Part shown: positions 23,001 through 36,600 of the stretch, piece after piece | Position numbering within the stretch: position 1 is the stretch's first letter | Layout: the number at the start of each line of letters is the position of its first letter | Assembly: GCA_048013815.1 (NCBI GenBank) | Contig: CM106586.1 | Coordinates: forward strand, 3,286,001 to 3,350,000 | Origin: Setoptus koraiensis | Taxonomy: Eukaryota > Animalia > Arthropoda | Direction: 5' to 3' | Length of the DNA: 64,000 bases | The notes under the pieces: model-generated | What the model was told of the DNA's origin: nothing | The model's database searches: none | Seen by the model: only the letters and a program-made list of their open reading frames with translations | Made by a program: the position numbers and the translations under genes

Positions 23001-26000
23001 CGATCGCTGGTGCTGGCGATTTGCGCGCAATAAAAACACTTGTGCGCCCGAACATCCGACAGTTTGAGTGGCCGACTGTGTTGAGGGCCGCCACTGAGCC
23101 GGCCAGCCAGACGGGCCAATAATTAATATAAATCTGATAAATGCATCAAAGACTCGCCAGCGAGAGGCGTGAGATACGCGAACGTTTGCCGCTCAAACGT
23201 TTGAATGATCGATGATCCGCCAAACAACCAGGCCAGACCCGACCGGCTGTCCGACGGAAATAAACACAACAAATGAATACGTCTAGGCAAACAAGCCCGC
23301 ATACGTGCCCTCGTCGATGCCCAAAACGAGGCGTGCGAGCACAAAATCGTGGCCCGAAACCTGTACCGAGCCTCTGTGGCTGCCGAATATCCGATCTGGC
23401 GGGCGAATATCCGATCTAGTGGCCGAATATCCGCGCGAACATCGCAAGTGCAAATTGGCCAATTGGCTGTCGAGTGGCCGGTCCCAAAACAATTTTCCAG
23501 CGCCAAGTATTTCCAGAAAGCGAGACGGAGAGAGAGAGAGAGAGAGAGAGAAATTTTCCACTTTTGCGCACTCATTCACACCACACTCTCCGACAAATTT
23601 CATCCAGTCCAATTCGATCCAGTTTCAACCGGGGCCCCGCTCGCTGCATCGCAGCCTGTCAGCAGTAAATGGAATTGAAACAATGCACACGCACACCGGC
23701 CTGTTTGTTTGTTGTTTCAAAATTGCACGACTCACTGAATCGCACTCACTGGGGCCCCACCGTTTAGTATCGACGCTTGCCAGCAGCACGGCCCCGCTCC
23801 CGAGGCGACGCTTTGGGCCAATGCACGGGCGCAACCTTGACGCAGATTCCGCCGAAATGGATACCTGTGTGTGTGTGTGTAAGTGTGTCTGGGGAGCGGC
23901 CATTATTGGCCCGGTCAGCGGCGGCCCGTAGCCGGCCCGACGCGAGCATAATTCGCGGACCGCGTTATGGGCCGCGCCGCTCCGAGTGGCATCATTAGAT
24001 GCGGCGCGACTTTGCCTCAACTGCACATCGTGTCACTCGGACGAGATTATCGATCACATTCTCAGTGGCACTACACTAACATATATAAAGAATTAGCGGC
24101 AGATGAGGCGCTAACGAGCCGCCGTGAGAAGTGTCGACGCGACTCCGCTCAGAGTCTAGGGCTCAGACTCTGGGGCCCAGACAGAGCCGCGCAGAAGGAG
24201 GGGCCGACACCGAAAGTTAATTAGTCAGTGTACATTGTGCATCCCGGAAGTGGATTGTCGCATCGGTGCCTGGTGCCTGGCCGACAGGGGCCAGGAGAAA
24301 AATGCGCCAGGGTTAAGGGGCAAGGTTGCCGCTATTAACACGGGATTATCGGCGAGATGGCGCTGCCAAGATCGAGCAGGCTGCCGCGAGCCTCGAGAGT
24401 GGATATCGCTCTCGACTCGCAATAATGACATGTGGCACACGCGGCAACTGCCGGGCCTCAGCATCCCTTTTGCCGGCGCCCCCTCCCCCTCGCCGGCGTC
24501 TTGGCGCGTGCAAACTCGACAACGACGTCCATGGGCCGATGCAGGCACTTAAAAACTGACACTAGTCGATATCATGAGTGGATTTTGATGATTGCGCGCG
24601 ATCTTTGCAGCAGCGCGCCAGAGTGGCTCGAATTCCCGACTTCGAGCCTCAAATTGGCGAAATTCGTTAAGTTGGCCGCACAGAGCGAGCGAGCGAAAAA
24701 AAGAAGAGCAACGGCGGCGCCTCGAAATTCGGGAAATATCCAGGCCTCGATATTTCGCGAAATATCCAGGCCTCGATATCGGCGCCAGGCACACTTTTTG
24801 GGGCCCATCGGAGTGTCGTTTGGCTTTCAATTGGTCATGAGCACACACACACACACACACGGCACACAATGTTTGTTTGTGACCAGACACACCGTGCGGA
24901 GGTGACGCAATAGTGTGGCAAAGAATGGAAAAATGGATGGAGACGAGACGGAAAGATATGGAAAAAGTTGTGTGTGTGTGTGAGCGCGCCTCATAATTGG
25001 CACACAAAGAGGAGTCGGCGGGCCCCATTTCTATTTCGAACCGTTGCGTTTGTTGTTACGGCTGTGGAGTTTGTGCGTGCGGCCCGCCAAAGAAAGGGGC
25101 CCCTTTTTTCGGCTTTCACACACAATTCTCGCCAGCTATTCGGCAGCTTTTTTCGCTCGCGCTGTTGTGCGTGCGTCACAATGCGCGCCCCAAAGAATGA
25201 GAAGACAGAAAGAATGGCCGTCGCCGCCCCCGCCCACGGCCCATTATTGGGGGCCTGGCTGCATCGGGGGGCTGTCGCAATGCCGGAATTGTCTTCAGCT
25301 GTTGCGAGGCGAGGCGATGCGATTCGCTGGGGCGACACTTTCGCAGTTGGCGCCCTTCGGCCCGGTATTTCGACACAGATAATAGCCCGGCTAGTTATCA
25401 TAACCGAAACGTTCGAGACGCCGTCGTTGCGACTGCCAGAGCTCGCGACGACCGTGGGGCCATGTTGACACGGCGACACAACGTTTAGCCAACCTGTTTA
25501 GCGAGTGCTTAAGTGAGTGGGCCGTGCCACGGTTATCGGTTAGACGCGCGGGCACCCGCGCGACACGGGCCCGCGCGGCAGATGCGGCCAAACAGGGCGC
25601 TTGTTTTAATGGTTGCAAGTCGCCATTGCGGGCCCGCCACTGTCTGTGCCGGCAGCGGCTGCATGAATAAACTTATGCTTTTATCGCAGACGGAACAAGT
25701 TAATGATTTCGGTGGCGAGCACACAATGGGGCCCAAATGCATCTTGTCTATGTGCGCGTCAGCTGTATTCAGAGCTCACGGGAGCTGGCCCGTACGCGGC
25801 CGGCCCTAATCGGGCATCGGGTGGCCCGAACCGGGCATCGGGCGGCCCGATGGAAGCCGGTTGTGTCGCGCCCCCTGTTTCTTGCATTCTGTCGTGCCAT
25901 TCGTCGAGGCTGGCCTGACACACGAGGTGAGCAGAGGCCAGCGACGAGCCCGATTAATATAATTGATATAAATGATGGCGGCCCAGCCGAACCGGCGGGC

Positions 26001-29000
26001 CCACTGCGATGCAGTTGTGATTTTTTTTCTCATCACTTAAGCTCGCCAGCACGCTCGGGCCCGAGTTTAATTGTAATTGTCTATCACTCGGCTCTTCCAA
26101 CTTTTTCCACTTGCCCACTTCTTTATTTAGACATGGTGGAAATAATTTATTTGCCGCTGGCGCACACACTCATTTGCAATCACACACACACACCAGCTAG
26201 CAATTGGCGGCGGCGGCGGCGGCAAATGAATGAACTGCGTCTTGTTATCTCGGGGGCCCCCGTCCCGACTCGGCACAACGATGACACAACAATCGTCTAC
26301 GTTCGGGGCCCCAAGCCGGCCGCAGCCAGTAAGCGCTGGCGTGTCCCATAAAGTGAGCCTTGATTAAAGTAAGCTGTCAGTGGACGAGGCGTCGGATGAC
26401 GGCCTCGGTACAGCCGCCGAAATTGAGTCATTTGCGCGCCAAACTCTCAGTTATTTACTGTCTCAATAGGCGCCCGCCCGTGTATATTTATATGTCTTTG
26501 TGTATGGCCAGATATATATATCTGGCCATATACAAAGCCAGATATATATCTGGCATGCATGTATATGTGTGTTCCTGGTACGATATATATATATTTCGCT
26601 TATATGGCCCTTATATATATATGCTTAGATAAATATAAAAGCCAGATATACGTAAACGTGCATTAAGGGTGGCGCCACTTGACGAGCCAGCGAGGGCCCG
26701 GCGAATGGTTGCCGACGAACGAGATGAAGCAGTGCAATTTGCACATAGCGACATTCGCGACTTAAGCACACATACCGTTGCAGCAAGAGCCATTTGCCAT
26801 TTGAGCGCTTGCTTGTGCATGGCTAAATGGGCGCATCACTGCCAAACATAACGAATGATAATTTCAATTTGGTGACAACAACAAAATTGAATAGATTGAA
26901 TGGCTGGCACGGTGGTGATTGGATTGGATTGAAATTCAATTGGATTCAATTGAATTCAATTGGCGAGATGCGCGCCTCAATTGCCATGCGACGCATCGCA
27001 CTACCGAAACTACTCCACGACTATATATATATACATATATATATAAGTGTGCTAGCAGCCACTTGAGCCGGCTCTCGCGGGACCCTCTAGCTGGGGCCCC
27101 ACTCAGGCCGTCTCTGCCAGAGACTCTCTGGCTATCCCAGTTGTGGAGATAGCCAGACAACAGCCGGCCAGACTGGAGATGCGGCCCGAAAGCGGGGGCC
27201 TCTTTTGGGGCCAAACGATACCACTTGATAGTGGCGAATTCTTGATGAAGCCATCGCCGGCAAGCACTATCAGTCTTCTGGTTGGTTGAATGGCTGGAAT
27301 GGATTAGTTAGAGCCTAGTCAGAGCGAACGGCCTGTTTATTATGTGCGAGCAACGTGCTCAACTAATGTGCTAATGTGTTGCGTAATGTGAGCGGGGCCC
27401 GAGCGTGCGCGTTCCAGGCATGGGGGCGACGGGGCCAGTTTGCATTTATAACAATAATACTAATAATAATAGTAATAGTAATAACAACAACAACGACAGA
27501 CAATGGGCCCTCGAGTTGATATATATGTATAAGTGAGCGGCATCCCATAAGCTGGCGCGGAATCTGTCAAGCTCGTGCCCATAAGCTGACGATGAAACCA
27601 CAGTAAATTGGAGTTGTTATTAACTCTTTCGGCTGCGAGGGGGCGACGCAGCAGAAAGGGTTGGCGGCGCACACTCTTGACTGGCTTTATCTATTGGAAA
27701 CAAGGGCAGCTTGGCCAATTGGCCCCTTGTTGACTTGCCTGGCGACCCTGGCGGATGTGGCGCGAACAAAAAAGCGCCCGCGCCCGCCTCGTCGACAATC
27801 GATGTGTGCAATCATTACACTGTAATGAGAAGCGAGAAAAGATTGATTCGTTGGACACGCCGGAACGCATCAATTGACCACCAGAGACTCGCCGGGCAAG
27901 CTGAGCCGAGCGAGCGGGCCAATAAATAAGGGGCCCCGGACGGACAATCGGCCAGGTTAGGTGCGCGATGGTGCGCTTTCGTGATTGGCATGTCCAGTGG
28001 CCGGCCCAAGTGACCACTAAAAGAGGCCACTGCCGGCCGAGAGTGTCGCCTCTGCGGGTCACTCGCTCGCTTCTGCGAGCCGCTGGCGTGTTGTCGCCGG
28101 TGAGACGCTGGCAAGTTGTCGCCGGCGAGTTGTCGCTGGCAAGATCAAACGAAAGATGACTGATGACGGGGCAGCGGCGGTATAATCTGTTCTTGTCGAT
28201 CTACTCTGCTATGACTACTCTGCCATTGGGGCGGCCGCGAAACTCGTGTTGTTTGTAGGTACGGCACGATGTTGCCGTTGGCTCGGCGCTCTGTGCTCGG
28301 AGCCAGCACCTGAGTGAGTCTTGCTGTCGACCGGATTGTCTTGGCCAGCGACAGAGGCCGAGCGAGACAAGCCAGCGACAGAGGGGCCGAGAGAAAAACC
28401 AGCGACGGGCTGGCCAGAGGGCCCGAGAGGAGCAACAACTTTGTATTCGACGTGCGGAATCACCTGACACTGTCGCGCCGCGAGCGCGCCAACAACAACT
28501 GATCGAATCGGGCCCAAACAAGCGGCCCGAACGGTTGACACTGTCTCGTGGAGCGGGGCCGGGCCGGATTGGTGCTGACATCTATGATTACAGCGGCACC
28601 GACCGCCAGCAACAAACTGGCGACCTGGAAAAGCGATTCGCACACACCAGCACGATCAGCGCGAGTCGGATAACGCGCCAATAACTGGACGATATCAGCA
28701 GCAAACTAGACTCTGCTCGCCACAGTGTCTACTAGACACTGTCTAGAGCCAGTGTCTAGAGGGGCCGTTTGAGGCGCAGGAAATTGGTTTTGCGATTGGT
28801 GGGCGCCCAATAAAAACGCGCCCCTTCGACAGACTTAAAATCGAGCCGCGCCGGCCCACCGAACAACAGACAGAGCCGGCCGAACGTCGACTTTTGACTG
28901 TGAGGCTTTTTTCCGGGCTCCCAGGCCTCAATTTCTCGCTGCCTGGCAGCGCTCAATTTTGGCCGGCTCGCCGGCCAAAATCGATCGACGATCGCTCTTT

Positions 29001-30640
29001 GGGCTGCGGCCCAAAATCCAACGGTATCTGCTGCCGCCTCTAGAATCTAGAATCTAGAATGTAGAGTCTAGAGTCTAGAATCTAGAACGTGAGCATTTTC
29101 TCGAGCAACACGGAACGAGACAAACCGTCCGTTTTGTCTGTTTGTCTTCTCGAGAATCAACGCGGGGAGACGTGCCGAAAATAAGGTGCGTGGCAGCGAG
29201 TGCGTGTATTCTGCTCACGGACGACAAGCGAAAATATACAATGCAGCACTTGTTTCACTTTCGCTTCTTCGAAGCCCCAAATCTTGGGCCCACTAGCCGG
29301 CGCCAGATTCGCTGCTGGCGCTGCTGCTGTTGCTGTTGCAAAAGTTAATTACATAACTATTTATCCCTTGTTGGCGAGCGTGTCGGTGTCCGCAACAACA
29401 AACGAGTTTGCAGCGTCGTCAGCGATTGAAAAGCGCGATAAAACAAGATTCGACATACGAGCCACACAAGTTGTTCTTGGAATGGCCCATCATCGTGCTG
29501 CAAATGTCGCAACTTTTGAGCAGCTTGCCAGCGCGACAACGCACGGCTCGGGCAGGCGGCCGTAGTCTAAGGCCCGAACAAATTTCGCGAGAGACAGCGG
29601 TGTCGGTCGCGAATGCGGACCCTTCTGGTCACACGAGCGGGCATTTTTCGTGCTCGGCAAGCGCGTTGTCGGCAGCGGACAATTGGCCAGTCGCGCCTCC
29701 TGACTCAGGCATCCTGAGCAAATAAGGCCCACAAATGCGCCAAGAGACACAGGTGGCGGCTCGAGCAAATCAACGGGAGCTCGCATCGCGCCGGCGCTTC
29801 CTGTCGCCGGGCCCGCAGCTAGCAACTGGGGCCGCTGTCATGCAGCGCAACGAGATAAGCGCCAACCAGAGCGGGCCCCAATGCCACACTCATACTGTAT
29901 GACCTGTATACATAAATGACTGTATGTATGTTGGCGCCCTCGATATAATCCGCGGCACGACGGGATTGATTTTGCAGTCGCCAAGTGCGGGCGCTGCCGC
30001 CGATTTGCTGCCAGTCGCTGACATTTGGTTATTTATTCTTGCGACGGGCAAATATCGCATGAGTGGCCATTACAGCGATGCAAATTATGGCCACTTTGGT
30101 CGTGGGCCGCGCTGCCGACTGATTAAGACGATGGCCGGCTCGTGATGGATAATTCGCGATTTGCCAGAGATTTGTTTACTGGGGGCCGAGATTTGAGCAG
30201 CGATTTGAGCAAACAGTTGCCAGTTGTTTGTTGTGCTCACGGGCCCCATGCCTGTGTTTATCCCGTGGCTTATGCTTGTTAGCGACAAAAAGTTCCCCAA
30301 ATGGCAGCACTTGTTTGCCTATGCTCTGTCGAGTCACTGCGCCAGTTCAACCAGGTGACCGGCGGAGAATTGCGAGCTAGAAATGGAAAATTGACTAATA
30401 GACGCACGAGCACACAAATATGACGCAACGGCTTTGCTCGTGACAAATTTGTCGCAATTGGTCGAGCGCACACACACACAATTTTTCGTACAACTTGAAA
30501 TTTGGAGCGCTCAAGACGGCCGCTCTGTCGCCAGAAATCGAAGCGCCGGCAATGGCCGCTGTTGTCGCCGGATTATATAATACCGTAAATCGTGTGACAT
30601 AAGTCCGCATAAGTCCGTCGGCACACATTGGGCCGATTGA

Positions 30641-30671
<31 letters not shown>

Positions 30672-33600
30672 CACACACACGCACAAGCACGCACAGGTGA
30701 CAGGTAACAAACATGAAACGCACCGTGCTCACACAACGTTACCTGTGTTAATTGTGCCGTGCCCGTGCCACATGATGCCGGACCGGAAACGATGGGCCCG
30801 TGCGCAGTTTCTGGCCCCCAGATAAGAGCCTCTGTAAATCCACACAAGATGCTACAATATCCACGTGCCAGTGTTACGAGCCAGCGAGCTCGCTGACAAT
30901 GTGTGAGTCATGGGCGTTGTAAACACGAGCTGCTTGTGTCATCTGCTCGTGAGAGGAGCCGTGTGTCTCACATGTGACCCATATGTGAAATATATATATA
31001 TGTGAATTGGGGCGCCTCTGTTTGCATTGTCAAGTATCGCCCGAATAAGCCGGCACTTTGCAAGAGTAACCTTAGGGGACCCTTAAAAACGAGCGCAACT
31101 TTTTCAGTGTTGGGCCCCATTGTTCGATTTTGTGTCGACCGTTATTTCAGACGCTTTCAGGCTTTTGGGCTGGCCTTTCGCCCAATCAACTTTGATTGGC
31201 CCTAGCCAGCGATTGGCGTGAGTGGAGCTGGCAGCGAAAGCCAGCGTCGTCGATATAACGAGGTCGCGTTCGTTGGAAATGATCACGAGTTGAGTGCCCG
31301 CGACCTAAAAAAATTAAAATCTCCAGCGACCCCCGAACAAGCCACAAATGTGCTCTCAAGCTGCAAATGTCGGTCTTGAGAGTTGGCGGCCAACTGCACT
31401 CACCTGGACCAAACTTGGCCAAACCGAACCGAACTTGACCGAACCAAACTCGAAGCGCGCCGAGAAATCATTTCGGATAATTGGGTATAATTGTAGTTGC
31501 CGGGGCAGCGAGTTTTTGTCGGCGAGTCGCTAATCGGATTGGTGGCGCGCCTCGGTTCGGTTCAGTTCAGCCTGGTTCAATTTGGTTCGAGTGGGCAGAG
31601 TCACCGCTGAGGTTCGATAACTAACCTATATGTACCTCATATATATGACAATATATGTCTCTATTATGCCTGACCAATGGCTTGTTAGCGAGCGCTGGCT
31701 GCAACGGCTCCACGGCAGCGCCTGCCGGGAGCCCCCAACAAAGATGGCCTACTTTTGGCGCTATTCCCACTTTTTAGCTGTCTGGCTGTTTATCTTGCGA
31801 CCATTTTCTTGGCCCATTATTTGTATATTATCTGGGCAAAAAAGTGGCTGGCGAGCGGCACAACTCGCAGCCGCTTCGATGAGCCAGTGCGCTCGAATTC
31901 ACCTTGGGCAAACTTTTTCTCCCAGGCCGCTTAAATATACATCTATCACGGTGTGTTTATGCGCGCCACGAGAGCGCCGAATATGTGACATCATCATCAG
32001 CGACGCTTGCTCTGTCTGGCGAGACGTTTCTTGGTGGCTCCGTGGGGCCCGCTGGCTTTCGTTCGGCTCCTTCGAGTCGACGGGCTCCTCTGGCGCGTTT
32101 GGCCGGTCGCGAACAGTTGTTGTGACGGCGCGCTGGTCGCACAACAACAACAGCATCAGCAACAACAGCACCAGCAACAACAACAACACCAACAACAACA
32201 AAGGTGTCGCTGATGATGATGCAAGTGGCCATTTGTTGTTGTCGTTGTGGTTGTCGCTGCTGGGCGGCCAGCCGACAACAACAACAACAACGGCTAATAC
32301 AGCCAGTGGTTACGTCACTCAGTCAAAAGCTGTCCAAAGTTGTTTGTTTGTCGTTCTGCTCTTGGGGCCCCGCAACCCGACACACTGTGAGGCATTCATA
32401 CGGCATAAATATCAGATATGTATGGCGTCACATGAGACGCCATAAAGACACCATTAAATAGATTTGCGAGAGGCAATAATAAGAATATTATTATTATTTT
32501 CAACAATGCACCTATTGTTGCGGCGCGCACCTTGACTTGACTGGCGACAGTTCGCCGAGACAGTTGGCTGTCGGTTGGCCGTTTGCTGGCTGTTTGTTGG
32601 TTGTTGGTTGTTGGGGGCGCCGCGCACGGTAAACACAGTAAACATGAAATGGCGGAATGCATCCGTTTCTCGTCAGTAATTGTTTGAAAAAGTTTTTGTG
32701 TTGTCGGCTTCAGGCGCCGCGCCCAATCCGGCCCGCTGCCGATACCCGCGACGAGAGGGGGCCCCGTGGTCGGGAAACCGAGTCAGAAAAAAGCACACGA
32801 TGGCCCGCTGAATGGGCCGCTAAGTGGGTCGAATTCCGCCACTAGAGGGCCGGCAGGGGCGCCGAGACGTGCTGGCAAGCGAGCTGTCGTTTGGCGTCGA
32901 TCGGCACAAGTTGCAGTCAAGTGTTGCGATTGGCGCGAAGCCTTGGGCAACTCGAGGCTCGAGCGAGCCAACTAACACCGGCCCAAGTAACGCAAATAGC
33001 TGATAGCTAATGCCCGTCGTGATCGTTAAATGTTGGCCAAAGTATCGGCTGGCCGGCTTACGTAATGTGCGTTGTATTATTGTTATTGTTGTGCGTGTGC
33101 GTGTGCATGTGTACAGTACAATACGTGGCGCTGTGGCGCGTTGCGTAATGGGCCCATCATTCTGGCGGCGCCGGCTAGGCCCAATATTATATAACAACTT
33201 ATATAACAATATATAAGCCACCGAGTGGCCGTGTGCGGCCCCAAATGGGCCCCACTGCGGGCCGGTCGGCCAGCGTTGCTGCAGTTGACACAACAAAAGT
33301 CACCTGAGTGTCGTTCGCTTGTTTGCGGTCGCGCAATGTCGGTCGCCTGTCAGCACTGGCCGGCGCCCGCCAAGCTCCCCCGCCCGCTCACCTGTGCACC
33401 GTCGGCCGACGGTGCACAGGTGAGCTGGCCATTGTTTGTGTCATTGTTTGTAATACATATGCGGCGTATGTACATGCAAGCCAAGCCAAGCCAAGCCAAG
33501 CCACGTGAGCCTTACGCTTGAGCGTCACGAGACATAAATGCAAACAATGGCAGTGCATGAATACTGCCACTATCACCGCAAAGTTGCCGGCGAGCGATCG

Positions 33601-36600
33601 GCGCCAGGGCCCCATCGCACCCACTGGCCACCGGCGCAGGGCCCCACACAACGGGCGACACAAAAAGAACAGCGAGCAAACAAAATGAGAGCAACGCAAA
33701 CCGGCAAACCGGACAAATAAGGAAACGGTGTCAGTGCGGTCAGTGCTGGCATTGGCCAGATTTGCCGGATTTGGCGGACATTAGCCGTGTGCGACATGAG
33801 CCGACACTCGCTAATGAGGCCACAATGAGGCCTCAATAAATATGTGCAGCGCGTGACGCAGCACGAGCTCGCTTGTTGTGTCCGACGCTCGCCACTTGAT
33901 ACATGACGTATTTGTGTATCACGTGTGCCGGCGAGCGCAACGTGCGCCCTCTACATATCATATAGGCACATCTATCATGCCGGCCTCGACATGACATCGG
34001 CTCGCGGGGGCCGGCTCGCTGGCGGGCCCCTCTGACAGTCCGTGTGCCCTCCAGATAACGAGCGCTGCCCGTGCAGCCGGTCGAGCCGGCCAGTCGCCGG
34101 CCGCTTGCTCGCCGCTCGCTTGCTGGGGCCCCGCCAGCCAGCCGGCCAGTTATTCGACGGGCAGCCGTTAACGGACGGGCCGCCAGCCATCGGACGGGCG
34201 GACCGGCCGGTTGTGCGGGGCGGCGACTTGCAAATGGGCCGGCGGGCGAAGCAAGTCGCTAGATTGGCGAGAACAATGACAACAGCGACCATTTATGCGC
34301 CAGTGTCAATGCGAGCGCCAAGAGATCGAGAATGCGGAGCTTGCCGTTGCTGTCGTCGCGGGCCCGGCCATTCGACGACGACCGCCAACAACCGACGACG
34401 ACCGCCAACAACCGACGTCCAACATTTGTCAGTGGCGACATGCAAGCATTTGCATTCGCCGCCGAAGCCGCCGCCGAAGCCGCCGCTCTCGGCTGACAAT
34501 TCAATCAGATATCTCGCCGCGCGACACCGTGTTGTTGTCGTCTCGCTTGTTGTTGTTATTGTCGTTGTCGTCGGCGTTGTTGTCGACGCCGCGCCAGCAA
34601 GGCGACGTGTTTCCGACGTGTTCGCATGCCAGCGACGCTCGTGCCAGCGCCATTGTGGGCCCACACAAAGCCTCGAATTCCAGCGGCCGGCCCCTCGGCT
34701 CGGGTCAGCCGAGCCGAACCGAACCGACCAAAGATATTGTGTGCAGGCAGTTATTGCCGACGAGCCAGCGGCTCGTCTTATCCGACGCCAGCGCAATTGA
34801 ATCGGATAAAAAGAAGAGGCCCTCGGGCTGAGACGCTAATAGGCGATAATTTCATGCTTCACACACTCGCACAATGGGGCACATTTCCATCAACGTCAGC
34901 GTGTTCACGTGTTTATTTGTTTGTGCGAGTTTGTCGTCTCATGAATGAATTATATATAATTCATTGTCATCCACATTTAGCATAATCCGAACCCAAACGC
35001 CGGCGCAATGCATTACATAACCGTCGCTTGTTATGTACGCTCTCGGCTCGCGGCTCGCGGCTCGAAGCTTGATGCTTGATGTGCGTATTGTATGCGGGCC
35101 GCATCTTGACTATTATTGTCGTGTATTATCTGCATATTATGTGTTTATCCTAATATGTTTTGTGTGTTTGTGTGTCCTTTATCGCGACCTGTCACTCCAT
35201 TGACAGCGCGCATCTCGAGCGGCCTCAATCAATTAAACGCCAGCCCGGCGAAACTGCAAGCCAGTCGCTGCCGCACCGAGCGCCGGCCAGATCAGCCAGC
35301 CCGCCGATGAGCCAGCCGGCGAGCCAGTGGGGCCCCATTGTTGCCGACACAATAGCTTGTAATGGCACACACACACACACACACTGAATTACACTTTTAA
35401 AGCTCGTGTTAAGCCAATACAGGGGCGCCGTCTAGCGACTTTTGATATTTTTCGTCGCTATTCATCCGTATCGGCCCCTCACTGACTTACTGTCGGCAGT
35501 CTTGGCTCATTTGAGAGAACATTGTTAAGCGACAATGACAGCTCGAGAAGCCGGTTTGTTTGCCAGAGTCGGACAGGCACAGCGCGGGCATCGTGACAGT
35601 CACTAAATACTATTTAGTGACTCACTAAATAGGCCCGGCCGACAGCTCAGTCGACGGTCCCTCATTAGACATTCGGTCGGTGCCCATAATCAACGTTGAC
35701 ATTAAGAGCGGCCCACGGGTGCCGGGCCCGATTTTAAGTAGCTGCCCGCTGCAACAAACCGGCCGCGCTCCCATGAACCTCGGCGACCGACGACCGGCGA
35801 CAATACACATAATAATATAATGGGGCCACAATACAAGCAAACGGGCGCACGTTGCAGCCATAAGCCGGGACCGCACGCCAGCCAGAGGGTATCATCGCCA
35901 AGCATTCAGCGATTGGGATTATCGAGCCGGATTATTACATGTGTATTTGTTGGCGGCGAGCAAGCCAGCCAGCCAGCCCCTGGCGAGCAAATAATAAAAG
36001 CTGTCCCTCTCTCTCTCTGCTCGCCCCTTGCTCGTCGGGCCCTCCTCGTCGAATGCCGCCATATCCAGCCTAATGACTGCTCCGTCGGGCGGCGCCGGCA
36101 ACCGGGCTCGCAGCGGGGCCTCACCGCGCCCGCCCTCAACTGTGCGCTGCTCAATTTTTAAACGGCCCGACGTCCGGGCAACGGCCCGCCGAGTGTCTCG
36201 ACAGTGTCGAGTCGGCACGAACTGCGGCCCGTTTAAAAATTGAACAGCTCAAGCCGATTCTCAACCGGCCCGTACAGAACCGAGCGCCCCAAAAGCGCCC
36301 CAAAGAGCGAGCTGCGTCGCGATATCAGTCAAACGGTCACTTTGTTCGCCTGTCCGCCGGCGCTCTCAAGCTGTCAGATAATAACAATCACGCATTACTC
36401 ATGGCGGGCGATCGGTCGCTTGCATGTCGCCGTGACAGACAGCCATTGGACGAGACGCCGACAGCGGGTACGATTGTCGCGCAAATTGAATATCACGGCC
36501 GCGGCCGGCGGGCACCCGTTCCAATGGCGCGCCGCCCTCGCTGTTTATCAATACCGATATTCATATATACCCATGTTCATATACGCCGATGTTCATAGAC

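Noticed and set aside
29039-29087. Heat-shock element
   Set aside because: Units are TCTAGAA preceded by A, lacking the alternating nTTCn/nGAAn pentamers
31415-31590. Inverted (CCGAA)n/(TTCGG)n arms
   Set aside because: Complementarity comes from a low-complexity pentamer and the arm order is not co-linear
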